64,000 bases of DNA from Octopus vulgaris (Eukaryota), in contig OX597815.1 in assembly GCA_951406725.2 (NCBI GenBank), positions 12,152,001-12,216,000 on the forward strand, written 5' to 3'. The stretch's first letter is position 1, and every line of letters starts with the position of its first letter. The position numbers and the translations under genes were made by a program. This document shows, piece by piece, positions 30,095 to 42,536 of the stretch. Below the pieces are notes generated by a model that was given only the letters and a program-made list of their open reading frames with translations, was not told where the DNA came from and searched no databases.

Positions 30095-30355
30095 GTATAA
30101 AAATGCAAACTGGGACAAGAACGTAAAACATTTAGAGGACGATACAAAAAACACGGCATTCGAAGCCTTCAATCTTCAGTCAAGAACCGGATCATCCTCG
30201 CAATTTCGGCTGATTAATCTTGAGATCGCTCCGATCCGGTGCCAGTCCCAAGGAAAAACTAAGCTACGAGCATTAGATTTCTTGGAAAAAGGATCGAATG
30301 TATACGAAACAAGGACAGAAAAACGGTTGATGCCACACGAATATAAATACAAAAA
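30095..30355 (-). mobile_element. Dispersed repeat family Q (Penelope-terminus-like)
   Basis: Reverse complement of 43185-43312 (GATTAATCAGCCGAAA...CTGAAGATTGAAGGCTTCGAATG...TTCTTGTCCCAGTTTG). Confidence 0.7.
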
Positions 30356-30357
30356 AA

Positions 30358-30872
30358 TAATCGCTCGTATCAAATATATAAATACTTTAATGGTATTAAT
30401 AATTAATACTCTAGGGGACACATATAATTATATATTGGTGCCTTCGTCCCTCTTTTTCTCTCTCTCTTTGATTCCTTTGCCCCCTTTTTTCTCTCTCTTC
30501 TCCTCTCACGTGACCGCTGGTCAGCCAGCCTATCGACTTCTAACCAGCGCCAGGAGAACATCGTTGTCTTCGTCTGCCGAAAAGGGCAAGGACAAAACAG
30601 CAGGTGTCTTACGACTATAGACAGTACAACTTAGTTTAGCTGGCGTATTTGGAAAAAAATGCCTTTTTCGGCAGACGAAGACAACGTGGCGCTGGTTAGA
30701 AGCCGAAAGGCTGGCTGACCAGCGGTCACGTGAGAGGAGAAGAGAGAAAAAAAGGGGGCAAAGGAATCAAAGAGAGAGAGAAAAAGAGGGACGAAGGCAC
30801 CAATATATAATTATATGAGTCCCCTAGAGTATTAATTATTAATACCATTAAAGTATATATTTGATACGAGCG

Positions 30873-30876
<4 letters not shown>
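30358..30876. mobile_element. Young foldback / MITE-like element with about 220-bp inverted arms
   Basis: 30358-30588 and 30660-30876 are near-perfect reverse complements around a spacer of about 70 bp. Confidence 0.9.
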
Positions 30877-30921
<45 letters not shown>

Positions 30922-30923
<2 letters not shown>

Positions 30924-31120
30924 TAAAGTTAATCCAAACAAGAAAACACAGAAAAAAGAGAAAAAAAAAAGAGAAAAAACACAGCAACGCAGGACGTGGA
31001 ACAATTAAAGTATTATTGACGCTCGGGAAAGAAGGGAAGGAGGGTTTAACGTTTCGAGCGGAGCTCTTCGTCGGAAACAAGGAGAAGGAAAGATCCCAAG
31101 GTAGGAAGACAGAGGAGAAA
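30922..31120 (-). mobile_element. HHR element family H2, with minimal HHR at 31044-31078
   Basis: Minus strand GTTT-CCGACGAA-GAGC TCC GCTC-GAAACGTT-AAAC; terminates GTTTGGATTAACTTTA at (TA)n. Confidence 0.7.
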
Positions 31121-31264
31121 ATATTTGAGCTGGTGGTGCTTAAGAGATCATATGTTGAAAGAACAGAATTTGAAGGTAGTTGAAATATGGTTTTATAATG
31201 CAAGAGAGTTCCAAAAAAAGGAATGCCTCTGTGTGTGTGTGCAAGATGACAAGTGTGTTTGTGC

Positions 31265-31317
<53 letters not shown>

Positions 31318-31419
31318 TGGTGAATAAAGGCAATGACAAAGCCAGCTGTCATGATGACTACTAGCTGTTTGTGTCAAGCCAGGTCAAAGCCGGGTCAAAA
31401 AAACAAAGGGCTATATGTA

Positions 31420-33190
31420 TCATGTGTGTGTGTTGCTTGTAGTGTGTGTGTGCATGTGTGTGTTCGTGTGTGTATGCGTAGAGTATGGGTGTGTGGCGAG
31501 TAACTGTTTAACCTAGTACGTGTGTGCTTGTACGTGCGTGTGTGTGTGTAGGGATGTATATGTGGGTTCATTTGTGTGAGAGTGTATGTATGTACGTGTA
31601 TGTGTGTGCGTGTATGTGTGCGTTTGTATGTGTTTGTGTGTATGTGTGCGTGCGCGGAGAGGTGTATATTGTGTATGTATTTCTGTCGGTGTGTATGTGA
31701 GATTGTGCGTGTTTGTACGTGTGTATGTGTGTGTGAGTGTATAGTATATATATATGTAAATGTGTGTGCGTGTGTATGTACGTGCGTGCGAGAGAATGTA
31801 TGTATATATGTGTGCGTGTGTGTAGAACGTAGGGGCTTATATGTGTGTTTATATGTGTGTGTGTATGTATGTGTGTATGTGTGTATGTGTGTGTATGTGT
31901 ATGTATGTATATGTATGCATGTGTGTATGTATGTGTGTATGTGTGTTTATGTGTGTATGTATGCGTGTTTGTATGTATGTATGTGTGTATGTGTGTGTGT
32001 ATGTGTGTATGTACGTACTTATGTATGTGTGTGTATATATGTGTGTGTGTGTGTATGTACGTACGTATGTATGTATGTGTGTGTATGTGTGTAAGTGTGT
32101 GTGTATGTATGTATGTACGTATGTGTGTATGTATGTATTTTTGCATGCGTGTATGTGTGTATGTGCGTGTGTGTACGTATGTATGTTTATGTACGTGTGT
32201 GTATGTATGTATGTGTTTATGTATGTAGTGTATGTATGTGTGTGTATGTATGTGTGCATGCGTGTATGTGTGCATGTGTGTATGTATGTATGTATATATA
32301 TGTGTGTGTATGTGTGTGTGTGTATGTATATGTATATGTATGTATGTGCGTATGTATGTATGTATGTGTGTGTATGTATGTATGTATGTGTATGTGTGTA
32401 AGTTTGTTTGTATGTATGTATGTATGTGTGTGTATGTATGTATGTGTGCGTGCGTGTGTGTGTATGTGTATGTGTGTATGTATGTATGTATGTTTGTGTA
32501 TGTATGTATATATGTATGTATGTGTGTATGTATGTGTGTATATATGTATGTATGTGTGTATGCGTGTGTGTATGTATGTGTGTGTATGTGTGTAAGTGTG
32601 TATGTATGTGTGTGTATGTAAGTGTGTGTGTATGTATGTATGTTTGTGTATGTGTGTAAGTGTGTGTGTGTGTGTATGTATGTATGTATATGTACGCGTG
32701 TGTGTATGTATGTGTGTATAGTATGTGTGTGTGTATGTATGTGTGCATGCGTGTATGTGTGCATGTGTGAGTCTGTATGTATGTATGTATATGTATGTGT
32801 ATGTATGTATGTATATATGTGTCTATATATATATGTGTGTATGTGTGTGTGTATGTGTGTGTGTATGTATGTGTGTATGCATGTATGTAAGTGTGTGTGT
32901 GTATGTATGTGCTTATGTATGTGTGTGTGTATGTATGTGTGCATGCATGTATGTGTGTATGTGCGTGTGTGTACGTATGTATATGTATGTATGTATGTAT
33001 GTGTGTATCTATGTATGTGTGTATGTGTGTGTGTATGTATGTGTGTATTTGTGTATGTGTGTATGTGTGTGTGCATGTATGTATATGTATGTGTGTGTAT
33101 GTGTGTGTATGTGTGTATGTATGTGTATGCGTGTGTGTATGTGTGTGTATGTATGTTTGTGTGTGTGTATGTGTGTATGTATGTGTGTAT
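31420..33190. repeat. About 1.8-kb degenerate (TG)/(TATG) microsatellite
   Basis: Alternating purine-pyrimidine low-complexity tract; explains the 471- and 502-aa ORFs. Confidence 0.95.
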
Positions 33191-33367
33191 ATATTTAAAA
33201 TCAGGAGATCAATATTAGAAAATTCTTCAGAAAGATATAAACGCGTGTAAAATAATTGTTGCATTAAAAATATATCTGTATAAAAACATAATGTATATGA
33301 CTGTTTAAAATTTTGAATTAAGTATTTAAAGCATCTTACGATCGTTTCATATAAGTGCTGTCCCTAT

Positions 33368-34030
33368 AATGACATCCTATATTGATAATCATTTATAATC
33401 AACTCTTTTGCTCTTCAGAGATATAAAATTTGAATTTTGTATAACATATCGAATGGTAGTTTTTATATAAATTTGAGGTAATACTATAAAATGGTGTCTG
33501 TTTGAAATATAAAATAAAAATTAAAATTTACTGCTTTCGATGAGAGTCTTTAAATCGAAATATACTTCCTTGGTTAGTCTTCTGTAATAATCGATAATAT
33601 TCATATGTAAAATCCGTGATATTGTCTTGTATTCCAAATAAATTTCATATACTTAAATAATATAGAATAATGGAATCCTGTATTGATAAGCATTCATAAA
33701 TAACTCTTCTTCTCTTTAGTAATATGAAATGTGAAATTTGTAAATACGTTAGCATGAGAATCTTGAAATTCATATGTCTTCTTAGCAATTCTTCTGTAGC
33801 AATCCATAATACTTATGTATAAAATATATATTTGTAATACAATACAATATAAGGAATTTTACATATGAATATTATGGATTATTACAGAAGACTAACAAAG
33901 GAAATATATTTAAAGACTCTGATCAAAAGCAGTGATTTTTAATTTTTGATTTATATTTCAAACAAACACCATTTTATAGTATTACTTCATAATACTACCA
34001 TTCGATATGTTATACAAAATTCAAATTCAT
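33368..34030. repeat. Diverged AT-rich inverted repeat with internal direct duplication
   Basis: 33420-33640 versus 33829-34030 inverted (e.g. AATTTGAATTTTGTATAACATATCGAATGGTAGT); 33668-33825 resembles parts of 33368-33612. Confidence 0.8.
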
Positions 34031-34039
34031 ATAAACAAG

Positions 34040-34140
34040 AAAGTGTTGTAGTTTGACGCTCGAGGAAAATAAAACAAAAATATTTTTCGTTTCGAGCCTA
34101 CGATCTTCAACAGAAAGTGAATAAGAGAAATTAAACCTAG
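34040..34140 (-). mobile_element. Degenerate HHR family H2 copy
   Basis: Minus strand TTT-CTGTTGAA-GATCGTAGGCTC-GAAACG...CTCGAGCGTCAA. Confidence 0.6.
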
Positions 34141-34989
34141 AGAGAGAGAGAGAGAGAGGGGACAAACTTTTAGATTTCAGCGGTCCAGTATGGCTAGTTT
34201 GGATTTGCGTATCCGAACCACTTCACGAACTTTCAGCACTGATTCTCAAATATATGCCAATACTCCATTTGGATTGCCACTAGTTGTACTGATCCTGGCT
34301 GCACGGATTTCACTGGATATTTACACAAAAGACACCCAAACACCCACACACACACATATATATATGCCTGTACGTGTGCATATAAATGTTTCGTAAAGCA
34401 GTATTTACAACACTTCAAATACCTATATATATATTTTTACCTTAGTGCTTGTATATAATATACTAGCGAATAATAACATACTGAATGTGACAACATAAAA
34501 TGATAAAAAAGATAGATTGAAATAGCTCACGTATTCGTGATGCAATGCTGTTTGAACCCCATTTGAAGTTAATAATTTTCATTTACATCGATGTAAAACA
34601 GAAAGTGAAAAAAAAAACACACCATTTCTGTCTCTTATAAATATAGGGAATTGGTGGTACAAGTAAACAGATCGAATATAATATCAAACCAGATTAATGA
34701 CTTTATTATCACTACAGGCTTATGTTTATACAAGTTTGTGTGTGGTAGGTTACTGTAAATAACTCGAGTGTTCTGTGATTTATTTTGAACCAAATATAAG
34801 GTTGCCAATGCTCCTGTTTATATAATTGTTTTCCTAAACACACTGCACGTAGATTTATGTTCATTACTAGATATATATGATGCCTCGTAGAGGCAATCTA
34901 ATCACACATAAACATATAAGGAATAGATACAATCGTGACGAAAGATCAGTTTAATTTAGATTAACAAAGTTAAATATTAATTAATATTT

Positions 34990-35320
34990 AAGGCAGCCGA
35001 GGTCAACTTTGCCTTCCATCCTTTAGGGGTCGATAAATTATATACCAGTCACGTACTAGAGTCGATCTGGACCCCTCCCCCAGAATTTCAGGACTTGTGC
35101 TTAGAGAAGAAAATAATATTTAAGGCTGTGAGCTAGTAGAATCGTTAACACGCCGGCAAGATACTAGCGGAATTTCGTATGATTCGCGTTCAAATTCCAC
35201 CGCACCTGACATTGCCGTTCATCCTTTCATGGTCGATGAAATAACTAGTCGTTAATCATTGGGGTTCATATAATCTACTTCATCGAAATTACTGGCCTTG
35301 GGTTAAACTTTGAAACCGAT
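34990..35320 (+). mobile_element. Two degenerate SINE M fragments
   Basis: GCCTTCCATCCTTTAGGGGTCGATAAATT and CGTTCATCCTTTCATGGTCGATGAA. Confidence 0.7.
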
Positions 35321-37244
35321 ATGAATATTTCCATTTCACTGCATGCTTATTGTATTTCTTTTAATATATTGAAGTTCAAGGGTGAACACAGTTTTTAACC
35401 GAGTATGATTGACGTTCACATTTCTCTTAGTTACTTTTTATTCACTTCAAATATGACTTTAATTTATTGTCAATTTTCGCTCACACTATTAAAGGATAAC
35501 GGCATTCGCTGAAGTAATAACTACAAAGTGATATCGATTAGTGCGTTAAGTGCAAGCTGCACTTCGATTTTGAAGTCGATGTCTTTCACCGACCGTGAAA
35601 AGTGTAGTCATTTTTATTCATACAAATATGCAGATGAAATCGCCATTACTATCCAAGCAAAAAATTGGGAATATGACACAAGCTATTGCCAAACATTTAT
35701 ATTGTATAATGAATTCGTTTCATTTTGAATTGTTGATCACAAGTTTAGCGTAGTATTTTCGTAATTATTGGTTTCTATGAAATTGACTTCGTACTGAGAT
35801 GAAGTAAATTTAAATCATCAAATGCACTGCGTTCCAACATGTTTTCATTTCTTTCCAAACACGAGCATATATTTGATTTTTGAATTTGAGATCTCAACAT
35901 ATAGACTATCGGTAATATGACTATCAGTAATACGAGACTGAGAATACCTTTGTCACAATAGGTGAAAATTGAACTTACTCTCTTGTATTTTAGACACGAG
36001 TCTATATTTGCTTAAAAGTCGAGCATATACAAAATGGAAACCCTGATCTGTATTTAAAAGGACAGAAAAAAAATTACAATTTTACATATGAATTCTCAAT
36101 AAAAAATAAAATCGTGTTACTGCAGAAAGATGAAGTTAGGAGGGGGAGGCTGCAAAAAGTAGAAAATATTCGGGATTGAAACCCTTTGATGCAACGTTTG
36201 TATGATGCGTTCCTTATTGCGTTTGAAACTCAATCGTATAGGTTGAAAATTTAGGGGCGTAAAATGTCATACAAAAATACGTTATTAATCCTTTCAGATT
36301 TTACTTCACGCATAAGTGAACATCTCCCTACATTTCGTTAAAAAAATTTAAGGAATAATTTCACTTAAACACATATGACTCAGCAACGACTTTTTTTTTT
36401 ATATAAATATTAACGAAAATAAGTAAGTTAGACGTTTGATGCTGTTATACAATAAATCATTCATTCGCTAAACAACTGATGTAGCCATAAATGCATTCTT
36501 TTTACATTACGGATGTTTTATGGTTTCCTTGAATCTATTTACAAACTTGTAGCTTATTGTTATCAGATTTCACACAACTCGTTCAAACCTGGCATTATCA
36601 CAGGAAATAAACAAGTAATATATCACTGAGGAATTGAATCACCTCAATTGTCAGACTTCAAACGAAAAACAACAACAACAACAACGACAATCATTATGAC
36701 CGCAACGATTTCAACAACCAAACCAACAGATCAACAACATGAACAACAACGAGAACAAGGATAATCAGTCAACTTTTACAGAATATTAATAAAAGACATA
36801 TAAAATGATTGTGAAATAGAATAACAAAATATAGGATTACATTTAAGGAGAAGAAGCAGGCTCTGATTAGTTTAATAAATACAAAAAATATAATCTTCCT
36901 TATATATTATATCCGATTTCAACCGAGGAAAATATTTATAGTCATGTGTCTTTCTACAAGACCTGTTCATAAAACGTATAGTAGATTAATGCTCGTTGAT
37001 CACAACCTAGTACCATTTAAGGAAATTGGATATGAAATCAGCACATATATATATATATTTACTTAAGCCATTTCTTTGTACGCATTTCGTTTTTCAATAG
37101 ATTGCAATTCTATATTTTTCCGATTAGGAAATGGGTAAACTGATCCGTTTTGACATAGAACTTCTCAGTACCGACCTAGAGTTGAAGAGCACCAGCAACA
37201 ATTTCACTAATGTGACGGTCGCTTGGCTATTCAGGAATGAGGCA

Positions 37245-37500
37245 AATTGTAGTATTGGACATTATTTACATTTGGCAGATATTTATCCTCATCTTATTTG
37301 TTGTTAACACAACGGTTCAGCTGATATACCATCCAGCCGTCATGGGAAAATTTCGAACCTGGGTTCTCATTCCTAAGGTATCTTTCGATGTTGTTGTTGT
37401 TATTATTATTATTATTATTATTATTCAGGTCACTACATGGAATCGAATTAGGAATCTTGGGGTCAGTAGCCCGCGCTCTTAACCACTACACCATATGACC
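37245..37500 (-). mobile_element. tRNA-like head + (AAT)n + family H3 tail (HHR partly deleted)
   Basis: 37427-37500 minus strand GGTCATATGGTGTAGTGGTTAAGAGCGCGGG...TTCGATTCC..AGTGACC; 37245-37385 homologous to 25470-25630. Confidence 0.7.
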
Positions 37501-37635
37501 GTCGGCAATTATGGAGTGAATTTTAGGGCTTATTAATCTAATATTTTCATATTCTTCCTTAATGTCGGTTCGCATATGGTATTCATATCTGCGCTCAATA
37601 ACGATCTGTTAAGCAACAACTACCAAAAAAAACAT

Positions 37636-38044
37636 ACTCTTTTACTCTTTTACTTGTTTCAGTCATTTGACTGCGGCCATGCTGCAGCACCGCCTTTAAT
37701 CGAGCAACTCGACCTCGGGACTTATTCTTTTTGTAAGCCCAGTACTTATCCTATCGGTCTCTTATGCCGAACCGCTAAGTGACGGGGACATAAACACACC
37801 AGCATCGGTTGTCAAGCAATGCTAGGGGAACAAACACAGACGCACAAACACACACACGCATATAAATATATACATATATACGACGGGCTTCTTTCAGTTT
37901 CCGTCTACCAAATCCACTGACGAGGCTTTGGTCGGCCCGAGACTATAGTAGAAGACACTTGCCCAAGGTGTCACGCAGTGGGACTGAACCCGGAACCATG
38001 TGGTTGGTAAACAAGCTACTTACCTCACAGCCACTCCTGCGCCT
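37636..38044 (-). mobile_element. Full-length SINE family A
   Basis: Reverse complement of the 12086 copy. Confidence 0.9.
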
Positions 38045-38194
38045 ATCTACTATCTACTCCAATTATGAAGAAAGGAGAGGATGAAACCAATAATCTGTAT
38101 TCCCTATGTGAATGGTTTCTCCGAAAAGATACAAAAGATATGCAAAAAGAAGTGCAAAATGGACATGAAGAAGTCTTACACAAAAAAGGTCTAC

Positions 38195-38490
38195 GTAATA
38201 AGGAAGAAAGAAAAGTCGATATTATGACAGGTTAGCTTAGGAGGTAAAGCAGCTGTGGTCGATGAAAAAAGTGGTTGATGTACCAATAATTGTTGGAGGC
38301 CTGGGAAGAGTGAATAAAAATTGTGACTAGTACATGTAACAAATAAGGGCTGCAATAAGTGTGGAGCACTTGCAGAAAACAGCACCGCTTGGAACCGTTC
38401 GATTAGACTGGATGGTGCTCGAAAACTAAGAGGTGGTAGCTTAGTTCACTAGTATATCTCCAGCGTTAGAAGCTGTGCAAAGTCAATGAT
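38195..38490 (+). pseudogene. R4/Dong-clade LINE 3' fragment, second family
   Basis: Reads YDRLA*EVKQLWSMKKVVDVPIIVGGLG...VEHLQKTAPLGT..; ends at (TAC)n/(TAA)n. Confidence 0.75.
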
Positions 38491-38532
38491 ACTACTACTA
38501 CTACTACTACTACCACAACCAAAACCACCACC

Positions 38533-38623
<91 letters not shown>

Positions 38624-38632
38624 GTATATATA

Positions 38633-39180
38633 CAAGGTTATTCAAAAAGAATGAATCGATTTCATTACGCAATGTTTCAATAAAGAGAAGCAATAGAAAA
38701 CTCCAGCTAAGTCACAAGTATTTACTTACAATCAACTTTATTTCCTGTCTTACAAGTATTCAATGTGACCACCAATCTGCAGCACGGGTAACATCATTGC
38801 GATAAGAGAATTCCTCTCAGACGTGTATCAACATATCAAAAGGAAGTTCATTATGGGACTAAAAAATAAATTTGCATTGCTTGAGGCGATTCCAGAAGAT
38901 ATTGACATTGAAATGGAAATGGGAAAAATCTCCGCTAAAAGATTCAACCAGACAGCCACAGAAGTACTCAGTAGATCGTGTTATGCTGATACGCGTCTGG
39001 GAAGAATTTTTTTATTGCATTGATATTGCCCATGCTGCAATTAGTGGCCACATTAAACACTTGTAAGACAGGAAATAAAAATCGATTGTGAGTAAATACC
39101 TGCGACTTACCTGGAGTTTCTATTGATTTTCCTTATTAAAATGTTGCGTAATGAAATCGGTTCATTCTGTTTGAATAACC

Positions 39181-39183
<3 letters not shown>
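38633..39183. mobile_element. Non-autonomous Tc1/mariner element built from two inverted 3' ends
   Basis: TA|CAAGGTTATTCAAA ... TTTGAATAACCCTG|TA; arms of about 200 bp; right arm encodes the transposase-like C-terminus MLIRVWEEFFYCIDIAHAAISGHIKHL*. Confidence 0.85.
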
Positions 39184-39250
<67 letters not shown>

Positions 39251-39269
39251 AAGCAATATATATATATAT

Positions 39270-39790
39270 TCCTTTTTTTATTTGTTTTAGTCATTTGACT
39301 GCGGCCATGCTAGAGCACTACCTTCAGTCGAGCAAATCGACCCCGGGACTTATTCTTTGTAAGCCCAGTACTTATTCGATCGGTCACTTTTTGCCGAACC
39401 GCTAAGTGACGGGGACGTAAACACACCAGCATCGGTTGTCAAGCGATGTTGGGGGGACAAACACAGACACACAAACATATACACACACATACATATATAT
39501 ATCTATCTATCTATCTATCTATCTATCTCTTTCTCAAACACACACACACACACATATATACAAAGTGGTTAGGAGAGCACACAGATCGAAAAATTATGGT
39601 TCTTTTATTCTTTTATTCTTTTACATGTTTCAGTCATTTCACTGAGGCCATAGCGGAGCACCGCCTTTATTCAAGCGACTTATTCTTTGTAAGCCTAGTA
39701 CTTATTCTATCAGTCACTATTGCCGAACCGCTAAGTTACGGGACATAAACACACCAGCATATTTTGTCAAGTGAGATTGGGGACACAAAC
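39270..39790 (-). mobile_element. Two 5'-truncated SINE A copies
   Basis: Tail halves at 39270-39480 and 39602-39790. Confidence 0.85.
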
Positions 39791-40209
39791 ACACACACAC
39801 ACACACACCCATATATATATATATATGTGTGTGTGTGTGTAGTGTGATAAGAAGTTGAGTTCTATTTCATCCGTTCCTTTGTCGGGTTCCAAAGCTCTAT
39901 TTCTAATAAAGATTCTTCATATTACATTGTTAGAATTTTTCGAATATGAAAATACTTCAAGTGTACGGTATGCTATGAGCATTCAAGAAGCTATACAAGG
40001 TCAAAAGATAATTAAAGATAGAGAAGAAAATATCTTAAAAGTTTAAAAAGAATTTATTCCATGCATGCGATCGTTTTGAACAATAATATTAACATGTAAA
40101 TAAGATTGTAAAAACATTAGAAATTAATTTAATTGTAATTAAATTACATACTACTGTTCTCAGTGCGAAAAAAGAAAACTTTAAAAAATACATCAGAAAA
40201 TATATTTAT

Positions 40210-40424
40210 ATTTCTTTACTGCCCACAAGGGGCTAAACATAGAGGGGACAAACAAGGACAGACAAAGGGATTAAGTTGATTACATCAACTCCAGTGCGTA
40301 ACTGGTACTTAATTTATCGACCCCGAAAGGATGAAAGGCAAAGTCGAACTCAGAACGTAACGACAGACGAAATACCGCTAAGCATTTCGCCCAGCGCGCT
40401 GACGCTTCTGCCAGCTCGCCGCCT
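40210..40424 (-). mobile_element. SINE family M monomer
   Basis: Head AGGCGGCGAGCTGGCAGAA, Meta-like domain, tail CCCCTTGTGGGCAGTAAAGAAA. Confidence 0.9.
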
Positions 40425-40429
40425 AAAAA

Positions 40430-40816
40430 TCTCTCTATATATAAACGGCAGTTTGTCTGTGCGTGTTTCTGTGTGTCTGTTTTCTCGTACCCTCACCCTG
40501 ACCACGGCTTTCAACCGATTCTGATGAAACTTGACACACGCATAGCCCAATGTCATAATTCAAAACTAACGCAGCGAAAATTTTGAAAAGTTCCCCCAGT
40601 TCTGAAAAAAATCGATAAATTCGACATGGGGTCGAGAATAAAAAAAAACAAACCACAGACTGTCTAGGGGACGCAACTCAACCTTTTTTTACTCTCAAAA
40701 AACAATTTACCATAATTTTTTTTCCATTTTTTTGCTATTTTTTGGCTATAACTCTCTAAAGATGCTTTATAGTTATTTCCCTTACAAACCTGAGCAACGC
40801 CGGGCGATACTGCTAG
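40430..40816 (+). mobile_element. Non-autonomous Helitron
   Basis: A|TCTCTCTATATATAAA 5' end; subterminal hairpin CCTGAGCAACGCCGGG 40789-40804; CTAG|T 3' end; no TSD; CAACCGATTCTGATGAAACTTG core. Confidence 0.85.
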
Positions 40817-41300
40817 TATATTATATTGTTACTGAAGACTAGACGGAATGAATGTCACATATTTTCGGATATACATAATATCCTTATAAATGATAAAGGC
40901 ATGCTAAGATAGTGTTATTAAGTCTCGTTGTGTATGAACTAAAACTGATGCGGCAAACGGTAATTTGAATATGTAAGTGAAATATATCATGTGACATTCT
41001 CTCCATCTAGTCTTCAATAACGATATAATATTTTTCTGATCTATTTTTTTCATGCATTCTTTTTTCCACAATGAAGAGAACAGGAATATGCAATCAATTT
41101 ATAATAATTAAGTTAATTTCGAACGTTGTTACCATGTTATTTACATGTACATATAAACGTTCGAAACGATCGCATACATGGATTCGCATACATGGATTAA
41201 ATTCTGTTTAGAATTTTAACACCTTTTCTTCTCCATCTTTAATTGTTTGTTGAGCTTGTATAGGACATATGTTCTATAAATACTCATAACACACATTATA

Positions 41301-41351
<51 letters not shown>

Positions 41352-41352
41352 A

Positions 41353-41721
41353 AAATGAAAGAATGGAGTTGAACGTCGATTTAACAAAATTCCTTTCTTC
41401 TCGACATATGTTTCGAAGGCTGCATATTCCTAATTTCCAAGGAATAAGGGGTGCATTATGCCGCTTTCTCATCAGGAAAAACAAGGAACTTATGTCAGCA
41501 TCAAGATGAACAAAAGCTCTTAGATGACTGCCCACACGGAGCTCAACTCGTTCAACTCCATTCCTTCATTTATTTGTATTTAAAAAAACACACAAATTTC
41601 CACACGAAAGCACGTGATCTCTGCCCTTGGCATGTAGCTTCAACCGTGTTTTTCTGACGTGAATTTGCTACCCAGGTATCGGTTAACCGAATTATCCATA
41701 CTAAGATAATTCATTCAACTA

Positions 41722-41722
<1 letters not shown>
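41353..41722 (-). mobile_element. HHR element family H4 with inverted end duplication, embedded in (TA)n
   Basis: 41353-41375 is the reverse complement of 41549-41571; (TA)n on both flanks. Confidence 0.7.
41398..41480 (-). ncRNA. Type I hammerhead ribozyme, intact core
   Basis: Minus strand TTTTC-CTGATGA-GAAAGC..TATTCCT/AGGAATA..GCCTTC-GAAA-CATATG-TC-GAGAA; palindromic stem III ACATATGT. Confidence 0.78.
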
Positions 41723-41802
<80 letters not shown>

Positions 41803-41823
41803 GTGTGTGTGTGTGTGTGTGTA

Positions 41824-41993
41824 TGACGGGCTTCTTTCAGTTTCTGCCTACCAAATCCATCCAGAAAGCTTTGATCGGCCCGAGACTATAGTAGAAGACA
41901 CTCGCCGAAGATGCCTTGGAGTGGAGTGGGACTGATCGCTGAACCATCTGGTTGCTAAAGCAAGCTACTTACCACACACCCACTTCTGCGCCT
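41824..41993 (-). mobile_element. SINE A 5' half
   Basis: Homology to the head of family A. Confidence 0.8.
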
Positions 41994-42326
41994 ATTGGCC
42001 ATTCCTTAATACTATCGTTACAGTGTGTGATTTAAAATATAACCGGTTTCGATTTCATTCAACATACAAAATATTAAAATGAATCGTTTCAGAAAATTAA
42101 AAAGAAAAAAAAAACTTAGTGTTGAAGAGCTTTTGCCCATATTCTTAATGAATTTTCATTTTAGAGTAATTTTCTTATATATGTTTTGTCTATGTACGTT
42201 TGAGGTGAGGTTCAGGATGTCAAGCTTAAGAAATTCGATTGGAAATGAGTCTTTTGAATTGAATAGGATGCTTTTATTCAGGTTGTGGCCTGGTGTGTGT
42301 GTTTGTGTATGTGGTTTTATTTCTGT

Positions 42327-42367
<41 letters not shown>

Positions 42368-42503
42368 GTTTGGAATACATTGTGAAAAGATTTTTCTTTG
42401 CTTCTTTTTCTATTCAGAAAATATGGTTTAGTCGTTAAGTGGTTTTATTAAGGATAGTCACTCAAAGAATTTGGTAGAAATTAATTATTTTCCATTTACT
42501 TCG

Positions 42504-42536
<33 letters not shown>

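Larger units (their letters stand above)
39950..41300. repeat. Old foldback element whose left arm is interrupted by a SINE and a Helitron
   Basis: 39950-40210 versus 41025-41300 and 40817-40860 versus 40989-41031 are diverged reverse complements. Confidence 0.75.

Noticed and set aside
31568-33264. 502-aa and 471-aa His/Thr/Tyr-rich ORFs
   Set aside because: Translations of (CA)/(TACA) microsatellite; stop-free by composition only
37427-37500. Functional tRNA gene
   Set aside because: T-arm and B box are degenerate and it is embedded in a repeat; treated as a SINE-like head
40521-40532. CTGATGAAAC
   Set aside because: Part of the Helitron core motif; no HHR stems
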